Part shown: positions 1-12,400 of the stretch, piece by piece
How the letters are laid out: each line of letters opens with the position of its first letter
Numbering within the stretch: the stretch's first letter is position 1
NCBI GenBank assembly: GCA_964016885.1
Contig: OZ024741.1
Coordinates: 257,238,001 to 257,302,000 of the forward strand
DNA: 64,000 bases
Direction of reading: 5' to 3'
From: Eledone cirrhosa
Taxonomy: Eukaryota
Notes under the pieces: generated by a model
What the model was told of the DNA's origin: nothing
What the model saw: only the letters and a program-made list of their open reading frames with translations
Database searches by the model: none
Program-made: the position numbers and the translations under genes

Positions 1-2153
1 CTACTTACGAGTGTTTTGAATTACGATTGTTTCGGCTTACGAGTGTTTCGACTTACGAGTATTTCGACTTACGAGTTTTTTTACTTACGGTGTTTCGGCT
101 TACGAGTGTTTCGACTTATGAGTGATCTGATTTACGGATGTTTCGACATACGAGTGTTTTGACTTACGGTGTTTCGACTTACGAGTGTTTCGACTTACTA
201 ATGTTTTTACTTACGAGTGTTTCGGCGTACGAGTGTTTCGACTTACGAGAGTTTCGACTTACGGGTGTTTTGACTTACGGGTGTTTCGGCTTACGAGGGT
301 TTCGACTTACGAGTGTTTTGACTTAAGGGTGTTTCGACTTACGAGTATTTTTGGCTTACGAGTGTTTCGACTTACGAGTGTTTTGACTTACGAGTGTTCT
401 AATTTATGGATGTTTCGACATACGAGTGTTTTGACTTACGAGTGTTTCGACTTACGAGTGTTTCGACTTACGAGTGTTTCGGCTTACGAGTGGTTTGACT
501 TACGAGTGTTCTGACTACGAGTGTTTTGACTTACGAGTGTTTCGGCTTATGAGTGTTTAGACTTACGAGTGTTTCCGCTTATGAGTGTTTCGACTTACGA
601 GTGTTTCGGTTTACGAGTGTTTCGACTTACGAGTGTTTCGACTTACGGGTGTTTCGACTGACGAGTGTTTCGACTACGAGTGTTTCGACTTACGAGTGTT
701 TCGGCGTACGAGTGTTTCGACATACGGGTGTTTCGACTTACGATGTTTCGGCTTACGAGTGTTTCGACTTACGAGTGTTCTGACTTACGAGTGTTCTGAC
801 TTATGAGTGTTCTGACTTACGAGTGTTCCGACTTACGAGTGTTTCGGCTTACGAGTGTTTCGGTTTACGAGTGTTTCGACTTACGAGTGTTTCGACTTAC
901 GAGTGTTTCGACTTACGAGTGTTTTGAGATACGGTGTTTCGGCTTACGAGTGTTTCGACTTACGAGTGTTTCGACTTACGAGTGTTTTGACATACGGTGT
1001 TTCGGCTTACGAGTGTTTCGACATACGGGTGTTTCGACTTACGGGTGTTTCGACTTAAGAGTGTTTCGACTTACGAGCGCTTCGACTAACGAGTGTTCTG
1101 ACTTACGAGTGTTCCGACTTACGAGTGTTTCTGCTTACGAGTGTTTCGACTTACGAGTGTTTCGACTTACGAGTGTTTCGGCGTACGAGTGTTTTGACTT
1201 ACGAGTGTTTCGACTTACGAGTGTTTCGACTTACGAGTGCTTTGACTTACGAATGTTTTGACTTACTTCGACTTACGAGTGATCTGACTTACGAGTGTTC
1301 CTACTTACAAGTGTTTCGACTTACGAGTGTTTCGACTTGCGAGTGTTTCGACTTACGAGTGTTTCGACTTACGAGTGTTCTGACTTACGAGTGTTCTGAC
1401 TTACGAGTGTTCCGACTTACGAGTGTTTCGGCTTACGAGTGTTTCGACTTACGAGTGTTCCGGCTTACGCATGTTCCGACTTACGAGTGTTTCGGCTTAT
1501 GAGTGTTTCGACTTACGAGTGTTTCGGTTTATGAGTGTTTCGACTTACGAGTGTTTCGGCTTACGAGTGTTTCGACTTACGAGTGTTTCGACATACGGGT
1601 GTTTCGACTTACGAGTGTTTCGACTACGAGTGTTTCGACTTACGAGTGTTTCGGCCTACGAGTGTTTCGACATACGGGTGTTTCGACTTACGGTGTTTCG
1701 GATTACGAGTGTTTCGACTTACGAGTGTTCTGACTTACGAGTGTTCTGACTTATGAGTGTTCTGACTTACGAGTGTTCCGACTTACGAGTGTTTCGGCTT
1801 ACCAGTGTTTCGGCTTACGAGTGTTTCGACTTACGAGTGTTTCGACTTACGAGTGTTTCGACTTACGAGTGTTTCGAATTATGAGTGTTTTGACTTACGG
1901 TGTTTCGGCTTACGAGTGTTTCGACTTACGAGTGTTTTGACTTACTGGTGTTTTGACATACGAGTGTTTCGATACGAGTGTTTCGACTTACGAGTGTTCT
2001 GACTTACGAGTGTTCTGACTTACGAGTGTTCTGACTTACGAGTGTTCTAACTTACGAGTGTTCTGACTTACGAGTGTTCTGACTTACGAGTGTTCCGACT
2101 TACGAGTGTTTCGGCTCACGAGTGTTTCGGCTTACGAGTGTTTCGACTTACGA

Positions 2154-2230
2154 AAATAACAAATAGACGCGGTTTCAAATCTCTATGCTTTTCAAATTCA
2201 TTACATTAATCTTTATTTATACGTTTCGCT
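2154..2230 (+). repeat. 77-bp AT-rich interspersed block, copy 1 (AAATCTCTATG allele)
   Basis: AAATAACAAATAGACGCGGTTTCAAATCTCTATGCTTTTCAAATTCATTACATTAATCTTTATTTATACGTTTCGCT inserted after ...GACTTACGA. The last ~8 bp blend into a degenerate monomer. Confidence 0.97.
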
Positions 2231-5200
2231 TTACGAGTGTTTCGACTTACGAGTGTTTCGACTTACGAGTGTTTCGGCTTACGAGTGTTTTGACTTACGA
2301 GTGTTTTGACTTACATGTGTTTCGACTTACGCGTGTTTCGACTTACGAGTGTTTCGACTTGCGAGTGTTTCGACTACGGGTGTTTCGACTTACGAATGTT
2401 TTGACTTACGGATGTTTTGACTTACGGGTGTTTCGGCTTACGAGTGTTTCGACTTACGAGTGTTCTGACTTACGAGTGTTCTGACTTACGAGTGTTCCGA
2501 CTTACGAGTGTTTCGACTTAAGAGTGTTTCGGATTACGAGTGCTTCGACTTACAAGTGTTTCGGCTAACGAGTGTTTCGACTTACGAGTATTCTGACTAC
2601 GAGTGTTCTGATTTACGGGTGTTCTGACTTACGAGTGTTCCGACTTACGAGTGTTTCGGCTTTCGAGTGTTTCGACTTACGAGTGTTTCGGGTTACGAGT
2701 GTTTCGACTTACGAATGTTTTAGCTTACGAGTGTTTCCGCTTACGAGTGTTTCGACTTACGAGTGTTTCGACTTACGAGTGTTTTGACTTACAGTTTTTC
2801 GGCTTGCGAGTGTTTCGACATACGAGTGTTTTGACTTACGGGCGTTTCGACTTACGGGTGTTTCGACTTACGAGTGTTTCGACTTACGAGTGTTCTGACT
2901 TACGAGTGTTCTGACTTACGAGTGTTCCGACTTACGAGTGTTTCGGCTTACGAGTGTTTCGACATACGAGTGTTTTGACTTACGGATGTTTCAACTTACG
3001 GGTGTTTCGACTTACGAGTGTTTCGACTTACGAGTGTTCTGACTACGAGTGTTTCGACTTACGAGTGTTTCGGCTTACGAGTGTTTCGACTTACGAGTGT
3101 TTTGACTTAGGAAGGTTTTGCCTTACGGGTGTTCCGGTTTACGAGTGTTTCGACTTACGAGTATTCTGACTTACGAGTGTTCCGACTTACGGGTGTTTCG
3201 ACTTACGAGTGTTTCGACTTACGAGTGTTCCGACCTATGAGGGTTTCGGCTTACTGGTGTTCCGACTTACGAGTATTTTCGGCTGACGAGTGTTTCGAGT
3301 TACGAGTGTTTTGACTTACGATTGTTTCGGCTTACGAGTGTTTCGGCTTACGAGTGTTTTGATTTACGAGTGTTTTGACTTACGGGTGTTTCGACTTACG
3401 CGTGTTTCGACTTACGAGTGTTTCGACTTACGAGTGTTTCGGCTTATGAGTGTTTCGAATTACGAGTGTTTTGACTTACGGGTGTTTTGACATACGAGTG
3501 TTTCGGTACGAGTGTTCTGACTTACGAGTGTTCTGACTTACGAGTGTTCTGACTTACGAGTGTTCTGACTTACGGGTGTTCTGACTTACGAGTGTTCCGA
3601 CTTACGAGTGTTTCGGCTATGAGTGTTTTGACTTACGGGTGTTTCGACTTACGGGTGTTTCAACTTACGAGTGTTTCGACTTACGTGTGTTTCCGCTTAC
3701 GAGTGTTTCGGCTTACGAGTGTTTCGAATTACGAGTGTTTTGGCTTACGAATGTTTTGACTTACGGGTGTTTCGGTGTACGAGTGTTTCGACTTAAGGAT
3801 GTTTCGACTTACGAGTGTTTCGACTTACAAGTGTTTCGACTTACGAGTGTTTCGACTTACGAGTGTTTTGGCTTACGAATGTTTTGACTTACGGGTGTTT
3901 CGACTTACGGGTGTTTCGGCTTACGAGTGTTTCGACTTACGAGTGTTTTGACTTACGAGTGTTCTGACTTACGAGTGTTCTGACTTACGAGTGTTCCGAC
4001 TTACGAGTGTTCCGACTTACGAGTGTTTCAGCTTACGAGTGTTTCGGCTTACGAGTGTTTCGGCTTACGAGTGTTTTGACTTACGAGTGTTCTGACTACG
4101 AGTGTTCTGACTTACGGGTGTTCTGACTTACGAGTGTTCCGACTTACGAGTGTTTCGGCTAATGAGTGTTTCGACTTACGGGCGTTTCGACTTACGGGTG
4201 TTTCGACTTACGAGTGTTTTGACTTACGAGTGTTCTGACTTACGAGTGTTCTGACTTACGAGAGTTCCGACTTACGACTGTTTCGACTTACGAGTGTTTT
4301 GACTTACGAGTGTTCCGACTTACGAGTGTTTCGGCTTACGGGTGTTTCGACGTACGAGTATTTTTGGCTTACGAGTGTTTCTACTTACGAGTGTTTTGAA
4401 TTACGATTGTTTCGGCTTACGAGTGTTTCGACTTATGAGTGTTCTGATTTACGGATGTTTCGACATACGAGTGTTTTGACTTACGGTGTTTCGACTTACG
4501 AGTGTTTCGACTTACGAGTGTTTCGACTTACGGGTGTTTCGACTTACGAGTGTTTCGACTTACGAGTGTTTCGACTTACGGGTGTTTCGGCTTACGAGTG
4601 TTTCGACTTACGAGTGTTCTGACTTACGAGTGTTCTGACTTACGAGTGTTCCGGCTTACAAGTGTTTCTACTTACGAGTGTTTCGACTTACGGGTGTTTT
4701 GACTTACGGGTGTTTCGGCTTACGAGTGTTTCGACTTACGAGTGTTTTGACTTAAGGGTGTTTCGACTTACGAGTATTTTTGGCTTACGAGTTTTTCGAC
4801 TTACGAGTGTTTTGACTTACGAGTGTTCTAATTTTCGGATGTTTCGACATACGAGTGTTTTGACTTACGAGTGTTTCGACTTACGAGTATTTCGACTTAC
4901 GAGTGTTTCGGCTTACGAGTGGTTTGACTTACGAGTGTTCTGACTACGAGTGTTTTGACTTACGAGTGTTTCGGCTTATGAGTGTTTCGACTTACGAGTG
5001 TTTCGGCTTATGAGTGTTTCGACTTACGAGTGTTTCGGTTTACGAGTGTTTCGACTTACGATTGTTTCGACTTACGGGTGTTTCGACTTACGAGTGTTTC
5101 GACTACGAGTGTTTCGACTTACAAGTGTTTCGGCTTACGAGTGTTTCGACATACGGGTGTTTCGACTTACGATGTTTCGGCTTACGAGTGTTTCGACTTA

Positions 5201-5888
5201 CGAGTGTTCTGACTTACGAGTGTTCTGACTTATGAGTGTTCTGACTTACGAGTGTTCCGACTTAAGAGTGTTTCGGCTTACGAGTGTTTCGGCTTACGAG
5301 TGTTTCGACTTACGAGTGTTTCGACTTACGAGTGTTTCGACTTACGACTGTTTCGACTTACGAGTGTTTTGAGATACGGTGTTTCGGCTTACGAGTCTTT
5401 CGACTTACGAGTGTTTTGACATACGGTGTTTCGGCTTACGAGTGTTTCGACATACGAGTGTTTTGACTTACGGGTGTTTCGACTTTCGGGTGTTTCGACT
5501 TAAGAGTGTTTCGACTTACGAGCGCTTCGACTTACGAGTGTTCTGACTTACGAGTGTTCCGACTTACGAGTGTTTCTGCTTACGAGTGTTCCGACTTACG
5601 AGTGTTTCGACTTACGAGTGTTTCGGCGTACGAATGTTTTGACTTACGGTGTTTCGACTTACGAGTGTTTCGACTTACGAGTGTTTTGACTTACCTTTGT
5701 TTTGACATACGAGTGTTTCGACTTACGAGTGTTCTGACTTACGAGTGTTCTGACTTACGAGTGTTCTGACTTACGAGTGTTCTAACTTACGAGTGTTCTG
5801 ACTTACGAGTGTTCTGACTTACGAGTGTTCCGACTTACGAGTGTTTCGGCTCACGAGTGTTTCGGCTTACGAGTGTTTCGACTTACGA

Positions 5889-5965
5889 AAATAACAAATA
5901 GACGCGGTTTCAAATCTCTATGCTTTTCAAATTCATTACATTAATCTTTATTTATACGTTTCGCT
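5889..5965 (+). repeat. 77-bp block, copy 2 (AAATCTCTATG allele)
   Basis: Direct match to copy 1, same insertion phase. Confidence 0.97.
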
Positions 5966-6510
5966 TTACGAGTGTTTCGACTTACGAGTGTTTCGACTTA
6001 CGAGTGTTTCGGCTTACGAGTGTTTTGACTTACGAGTGTTTTGACTTACATATGTTTCGACTTACGCGTGTTTCGACTTACGAGTGTTTCGACTTGCGAG
6101 TGTTTCGACTACGGGTGTTTCGACTTACGAATGTTTTGACTTACGGATGTTTTGACTTATGGGTGTTTCGGCTTACGAGTGTTTCGACTTACGAGTGTTT
6201 TGACATACGGTGTTTCGGCTTACGAGCGTTTCGACATACGAGTGTTTTGACTTACGGGTGTTTCGACTTACGGGTGTTTCGACTTAAGAGTGTTTCGACT
6301 TACGAGCGCTTCGACTTACGAGTGTTCTGACTTACGAGTGTTCCGACTTACGAGTGTTTCTGCTTACGAGTGTTTCGACTTACGAGTGTTTGGGCTTACG
6401 AGTGTTTCAGTGTTTCGGCTTACGTGTGTTTCGACTTACGAGTGTTTCGATTTACGAGTGTTTCGGCTTACGAGTGTTTCGGCTTACGAGTGTTTCGGCT
6501 TATTATATAT

Positions 6511-6588
6511 AAACGTTTCTATTTCCATCGTTTTATCGTAAACGTTTATATATTTCCATCGTTATATCATAACGTTTATATTTCCGTC
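6511..6588 (+). repeat. Degenerate ~30-bp tandem repeat, about 2.6 copies
   Basis: AAACGTTTCTATTTCCATCGTTTTATCGT (6511-6539), AAACGTTTATATATTTCCATCGTTATATCAT (6540-6570), AACGTTTATATTTCCGTC (6571-6588). Confidence 0.85.
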
Positions 6589-6747
6589 ACTAATCTCTTT
6601 TTCTCCTTTTTCGTTGTAACATATATTTATTTCAAAGATTTCACCGTATAGATAACATATATATTTATACATGCATAAAAGACACACTGAGAGACGGTGA
6701 ACATGTGGTGCCAAAAACATTTCTAATCCAAATCTCAACAATATCAG

Positions 6748-6809
6748 TATATAGACTAGATTTGCTAGCAGAAAACCGCCCACCGGGTGGTTTTCTGCTA
6801 GTCTATATA
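6748..6809. repeat. Inverted repeat / hairpin with CTAG at both ends of the core
   Basis: CTAGCAGAAAACCGCCC (6765-6781), loop ACC, GGGTGGTTTTCTGCTAG (6785-6801): 16 of 17 Watson-Crick pairs plus one G.T. Outer arms TATATAGA (6748-6755) and TCTATATA (6802-6809) extend the stem past a 9-nt bulge. Confidence 0.95.
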
Positions 6810-6816
6810 TATAAAA

Positions 6817-6923
6817 CTGAGGATGTCTGTCTGTGTGTGAGTTTGAATCCCTAAAACTCGAGAACCACCCAACCGACTGTTTTCAAACTTTACACATGTA
6901 ATACTTACGTTTCAGGGAGTGTT
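6817..6923 (+). repeat. ~110-bp direct repeat, copy 1 (Helitron-like 5' segment)
   Basis: CTGAGGATGTCTGTCTGTGTGTGAGTTTGAATCCCTAAAA...CCCAACCGA...TTTCAAACTTTACA...TACTTACGTTTCAGGGAGTGTT aligns by eye with 7094-7208. Confidence 0.93.
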
Positions 6924-7093
6924 CTGAGCAAAAAATATTTCAAATTTCCAATGCCCTAGGGACCACATTAGGCGATTTAGCGATCTCTCTCTATAATTCT
7001 TAGTCTTTCTCTTTTTAGATAGATACATACATATAACGTCGTGCCCTTATAATATCTGTCTGTATGTCTGGCTGTCTGCATTACGTCACTTCC

Positions 7094-7208
7094 CTGAGGA
7101 TGTCTGTCTGTGTGTGTGTCTGTGAGTTTGAATCCCTAAAATGCGAGAAGTACCCAACCGATTTTTTTCAAACTTTACATGTGTATTACTTATGTTTCAG
7201 GGAGTGTT
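7094..7208 (+). repeat. ~110-bp direct repeat, copy 2 (longer GT/GTCT microsatellite, several substitutions)
   Basis: CTGAGGATGTCTGTCTGTGTGTGTGTCTGTGAGTTTGAATCCCTAAAA...CCCAACCGA...TTTCAAACTTTACA...TACTTATGTTTCAGGGAGTGTT. Confidence 0.93.
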
Positions 7209-9397
7209 TGTTATGCACATAAAATTCAACCTTTTGATCTGGTGTTTCGACTTACGAGTGTTTCGACTTACGAGTGTTTCGGCTTACGAGTGGTTTGACT
7301 TACGAGTGTTCTGACTACGAGTGTTCTGACTTACGAGTGTTTCGGCTTATGAGTGTTTCGACTTACGAGTGTTTCGGTTTATGAGTGTTTCGACTTACGA
7401 GTGTTTCGGCTTACGAGTGTTTCGACTTACGAGTGTTTCGACTTACGGGTGTTTCGACTTACGAGTGTTTCGACTACGAGTGTTTCGACTTACGAGTGTT
7501 TCGGCTTACGAGTGTTTCGACATACGGGTGTTTCGACTTACGGTGTTTCGGCTTACGAGTGTTTCGACTTACGAGTGTTTTGACTTACGGTATTTCTGCT
7601 TACGAGTGTTTCGACTTACGAGTGTTACGAGTGTTCTGACTACGAGTGTTTCGACTTACGAGTGTTCTGACCTACGAGTGTTCTGACTTACGAGTTTTTC
7701 GACTTACGAGTGTTTTGACTTACGGGTGTTTCGACTTGCGAGTGTTTCGAGTTACGAGTGTTTCGAGTTACGAGTGTTTCGACTTACGAGTATTTTGACT
7801 TACGAATGTTCTGACTTACGGGTGTTTCGGCTTCCGAGTGTTTCGACTTACGAGTGTTATAACTTGCGGGTGTTTCGACTTACGCGTGTTTTGACTTACG
7901 GGCGTTTCGACTTAGGAGTGTTTCGACTACGAATGTTCCGACATACGAGTGTTTCGACTTACGAGTGTTTCGACTTACGAGTGTTCTGACTTACGAGTGT
8001 TCCGACTTACGAGTGTTTCGGCTTACGATTGTTTCGACTTACGAGTGTTTCGGTTTACGAGTGTTTCGACTTACGAGTGATTCGACTTACGAGTGTTCCG
8101 ACTTACGAGTGTTACGACTTACGAGTGTTCCGACTTACGAGTGTTTCGGCTTACGAGTGTTTCGGCTTACGAGTGTTTCGACTTACTAGTGTTTCGGCTT
8201 ACGAGTGTTTCGACTTACGGGTGTTTCGGCTTACGAGTGTTTCGACTTACGAGTGTTTCGACTTACGAGTGTTTTGACATACGGTGTTTAGGCTTACGAG
8301 CGTTTCGACATACGAGTGTTTTGACTTACGGGTGTTTCGACTTACGGGTGTTTCGACTTAAGAGCGTTTCGACTTACGAGCGCTTCGACTTACGAGCGTT
8401 CTGACTTACGAGTGTTCCGACTTACGAGTGTTTCTGCTTACGAGTGTTTCGACTTACGAGTGTTTCGACTTACGAGTGTTTCGACTTACGAATGTTTCGA
8501 CTTACGGGTGTTTCGGCTTACGAGTGTTTCGACTTACGAGTGTTTCGACTTACGAATGTTTCGACTTACGGGTGTTTCGGCTTACGAGTGGTTTGACTTA
8601 CGAGTGTTCTGACTTACGAGTGTTCCGGCTTACGAGTTTTTCGACTTACGAGTGTTTCGACTTACGAGTGTTTCGACTTACGAGTGTTTCGGCTTACGAG
8701 TGGTTTGAATTACGAGTGTTCTGACTACGAGTGTTCTGACTTACGAGTGTTTCGGCTTATGAGGGTTTCCACTTACGAGTGTTTCGGTTTATGAGTGTTT
8801 CGACTTACGAGTGTTTCGGCTTACGAGTGTTTCGACTTACGAGTGTTTCGACTTACGGGTGTTTCGTCTTACGAGTGTTTCGACTACGAGTGTTTCGACT
8901 TACGAGTGTTTCGGCTTACGAGTGTTTCGACATACGGGTGTTTCGACTTACGGTGTTTCGGCTTACGAGTGTTTCGACTTACGAGTGTTCTGACTTACGA
9001 GTGTTCTGACTTAAGAGTGTTCTGACTTACGAGTGTTCCGACTTACGAGTGTTTCGGCTTACGAGTGTTTCGGCTTACGAGTGTTTCGACTTACGAGTGT
9101 TTCGACTTACGAGTGTTTCGACTTATGAGTGTTTCGACTTATGAGTGTTTTGACTTACGGTGTTTCGGCTTACGAGTGTTTCGACTTACGAGTGTTTTGA
9201 CTTACTGGTGTTTTGACATACGAGTGTTTCAATACGAGTGTTTCGACTTACGAGTGTTCTGACTTACGAGTGTTCTGACTTACGAGTGTTCTGACTTACG
9301 AGTGTTCTAACTTACGAGGGTTTCGACTTACGAATGATCCGACTTACGAGTGTTTCGGCTCACGAGTGTTTCGGCTTACGAGTGTTTCGACTTACGA

Positions 9398-9474
9398 AAA
9401 TAACAAATAGACGCGGTTTCAAATCTCTATGCTTTTCAAATTCATTACATTAATCTTTATTTTTACGTTTCGCT
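9398..9474 (+). repeat. 77-bp block, copy 3 (AAATCTCTATG allele; TATTTTTACG variant)
   Basis: Direct match to copy 1 with one substitution. Confidence 0.97.
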
Positions 9475-12400
9475 TTACGAGTGTTTCGACTTACGAGTGT
9501 TTCGACTTACGAGTGTTTCGGCTTACGAGTGTTCTGACTTACGAGTGTTTTGACTTACATGTGTTTCGACTTACGCGTGTTTCGACTTACGAGTGTTTCG
9601 ACTTGCGAGTGTTTCGACTACGGGTGTTTCGACTTAGGAATGTTTTGACTTACGGATGTTTTGACTTACGGGTGTTTCGGCTTACGAGTGTTTCGACTTA
9701 CGAGTGTTCTGACTTACGAGTGTTCCGACTTACGAGTGTTTCGACTTAAGAGTGTTTCGGATTACGAGTGCTTCGACTTACGAGTGTTTCGGCTAACGAG
9801 TGTTTCGACTTACGAGTGTTCTGACTACGAGTGTTCTGACTTACGGGTGTTCTGACTTACGAGTGTTCCGACTTACGAGTGTTTCGGATTTCGAGTGTTT
9901 CGACTTACGAGTGTTTCGGGTTACGAGTGTTTCGACTTACGAATGTTTTCGCTTACGAGTGTTTCCGCTTACGAGTGTTTCGACTTACGAGTGTTTCGAC
10001 TTACGAGTGTTTTGACTTACGGTTTTTCGGCTTGCGAGTGTTTCGACATACGAGTGTTTTGACTTACGGGCGTTTCGACTTACGGGTGTTTCGACTTACG
10101 AGTGTTTCGACTTACGAGTGTTCTGACTTACGAGTGTTCTGACTTGCGAGTGTTCCGACTTACGAGTGTTTCGGCTTACGAGTGTTTCGACATACGAGTG
10201 TTTTGACTTACGGATGTTTCAACTTACGGGTGTTTCGACTTACGAGTGGTTTGACATACGAGTGTTCTGACTACGAGTGTTCTGTCTTACGAGTGTTTCG
10301 ACTTACGAGTGTTTCGGCTTATGAGTGTTTCGACTTACGAGTGTTTCGGCTTACGAGTGTTTCGACTTACGAGTGTTTCGACTTACGGGTGTTTCGACTT
10401 ACGAGTGTTTCGACTACGAGTGTTTCGACTTACGAGTGTTTCGGCTTACGAGTGTTTCGACTTATGGGTGTTTCGACTTACGAGTGTTTTTACTTACGGT
10501 GTTTCGGCTTACGAGTGTTTCGACATACGAGTGTTTTGACTTACGGGTGTTTCGACTTACGAGTGTTTCGACTTACGAATGTTTTGAATTACGGGTGTTT
10601 CGGCTTACGAGTGTTTCGATTTATGAGTGTTTCGGCTTACGAGTGTTTCGACTTACTAATGTTTTCACTTACGAGTGTTTCGGCGTACGAGAGTTTTGAC
10701 TTACGAGTGTTTCAACTTACGAGTGTTTCGACTTACGAGTGTTTTGACTTACGAATGTTTTGACTTACGGGTGTTTCGGCTTACGAGTGTTTCGACTTAC
10801 GAGTCTTTCGGCTTACGAGTCTTTCGACTTACTAATGTTTTTACTTACGAGTGTTTCGGCGTACGAGTGTTTCGACTTACGAGTGTTTCGACTTACGGGT
10901 GTTTTGACTTACGGGTGTTTCGGCTTACGAGTGTTTCGACTTACGAGTGTTTTGACTTAAGGGTGTTTCGACGTACGAGTATTTTTGGCTTACGAGTGTT
11001 TCGACTTACGAGTGTTCTAATTTACGGATGTTTCGGCATACGAGTGTTTTGACTTACGAGTGTTTCGACTTACGAGTGTTACGAGTGTTCTGACTTACGA
11101 GTGTTTCGACTTACGAGTGTTTTGACCTACGAGTGTTCTGACTTACCAGTGTTTCGACTTACGAGTGTTTCGACTTACGAGTGTTTCGAGTTACGAGTGT
11201 TTCGACTTACGAGTGTTTTGACTTACGAATGTTCTGACTTACGGGTGTTTCGGCTTACGAGTGTTTCGACTTACGAGCGTTTTAACTTACGGGTGTTTCG
11301 ACTTACACGTGTTTCGACTTGCGAGTGTTTCGACTTACGAGTATTTCGACGTACGAGTGTTTCGACTTACGAATGTTTCGACTTACGAGTGTTTCGACTT
11401 ACGAGTGTTTTGACTTACGGTGTTTCGGCTTACGAGTGTTTCGACTTACGAGTGTTTTGACTTACGGGTGTTTTGACATACGAGTGTTTCGATACGAGTG
11501 TTCTGACTTACGAGTGTTCTGACTTACGAGTGTTCTGACTTACGGGTGTTCTGACTTACGAGTGTTCCGACTTACGAGTGTTTCGGCTTATGAGGGTTTC
11601 GAATTACGAGTGCTTCGGCTTACGAGTGTTTCGACTTACGAGTGTTTCGACTTACGAGTGTTTCGACTTACGAATGTTTTGGCTTACGAGTGTTTCGGCT
11701 TACGAGTGTTTCGACTTACGAGTGTTTCAACTTACGAGTGTTTTGACTTACGGTGTTTCGGCTTACGAGTGTTTCGACATACGAGTGTTTTGACGTACGG
11801 GTGTTTCGACTTACGGGTGTTTCGACTTAAAGTGTTTCTACTTACGAGCGCTTCGACTTACGAGTGTTTCGACTTACGAGTGTTTCGGCGTATGAGTGTT
11901 TTGACTTACGAGTGTTTCGACTTACGAGTGTTTCGACTTACGAGTGTTTCGACTTACGAGTATTTCGACTTACGAGTGTTTTGACTTACGAGTGTTTTGA
12001 CTAAGGGTGTTTCTGCTTACGAGTGTTTCGACTTACGAGTGTTATGACTTACGGGTGTTTTGACATACGAGTGTTTCGATACGAGTGTTTCGACTTACGA
12101 GTGTTACGAGTGTTCTGACTTACGAGTGTTTCGACTTACGAGTGTTCTGACCTACGAGTGTTCTGACTTACGAGTGTTTCGACTTACGAGTGTTTTGACT
12201 TACGGGTGTTTCGACTTACGAGTGTTTCGAGTTACGAGTGTTTCGAGTTACGAGTGTTTCGAGTTACGAGTGTTTCGACTTACGAGTGTTTTTACTTACG
12301 AATGTTCTGACTTACGGGTGTTTCGGCTTACGAGTGTTTCGACTTACGAGTGTTTTAACTTACGGGTGTTTCTACTTACGCGTGTTTCGACTTGCAAGTG

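Larger units (their letters stand above)
1..6502 (+). repeat. 16-bp tandem satellite array, left block (consensus GACTTACGAGTGTTTC); runs off the window start
   Basis: Continuous head-to-tail 16-mers read directly. Common variants have TTTTGA, TTCTGA, TTCCGA or TTTCGG in place of TTTCGA, and there are occasional 14-15 bp deletion monomers. Interrupted only by 77-bp blocks at 2154 and 5889. Confidence 0.99.
6765..7208 (+). mobile_element. Probable non-autonomous Helitron fragments: 3' end (hairpin + CTAG) joined to a 5' end (TC...), plus a second partial 5' copy
   Basis: Helitrons begin 5'-TC and end CTRR-3' with a subterminal hairpin. Here ...TCTGCTAG|TCTATATATATAAAACTGAGGATGTCTGTCTGTGTGTG... 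follows that pattern. The TC + TA-rich start followed by a GTCT/GT microsatellite resembles invertebrate non-autonomous Helitrons. No Rep/helicase ORF is present. The call is by motif recognition only. Confidence 0.65.
6503..7240. other. Unique AT-rich non-satellite island embedded in the array
   Basis: Satellite stops at ...TTTCGGCTTA (6502) and resumes at GGTGTTTCGACTTACG (7241). The intervening sequence occurs nowhere else in the window. Confidence 0.97.

Noticed and set aside
2154-2230. 77-bp block as a MITE, tRNA/SINE or structured RNA gene
   Set aside because: Only trivial 5-6 bp inverted matches (AAATAA/TTATTT, ATAGA/TCTAT), no TSD, no A/B boxes and no cloverleaf. An identical insertion phase in all copies implies co-amplification, not independent transposition.
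6562-6783. 73-aa minus-strand ORF in the unique island
   Set aside because: Short, AT-rich and low complexity, starts inside the hairpin, and has no recognisable domain (no HUH Rep or helicase motifs).
6765-6801. Rho-independent terminator
   Set aside because: No upstream gene, no U-tract following the stem, and the context is eukaryote-like satellite. The CTAG|TC ends fit a Helitron junction better.
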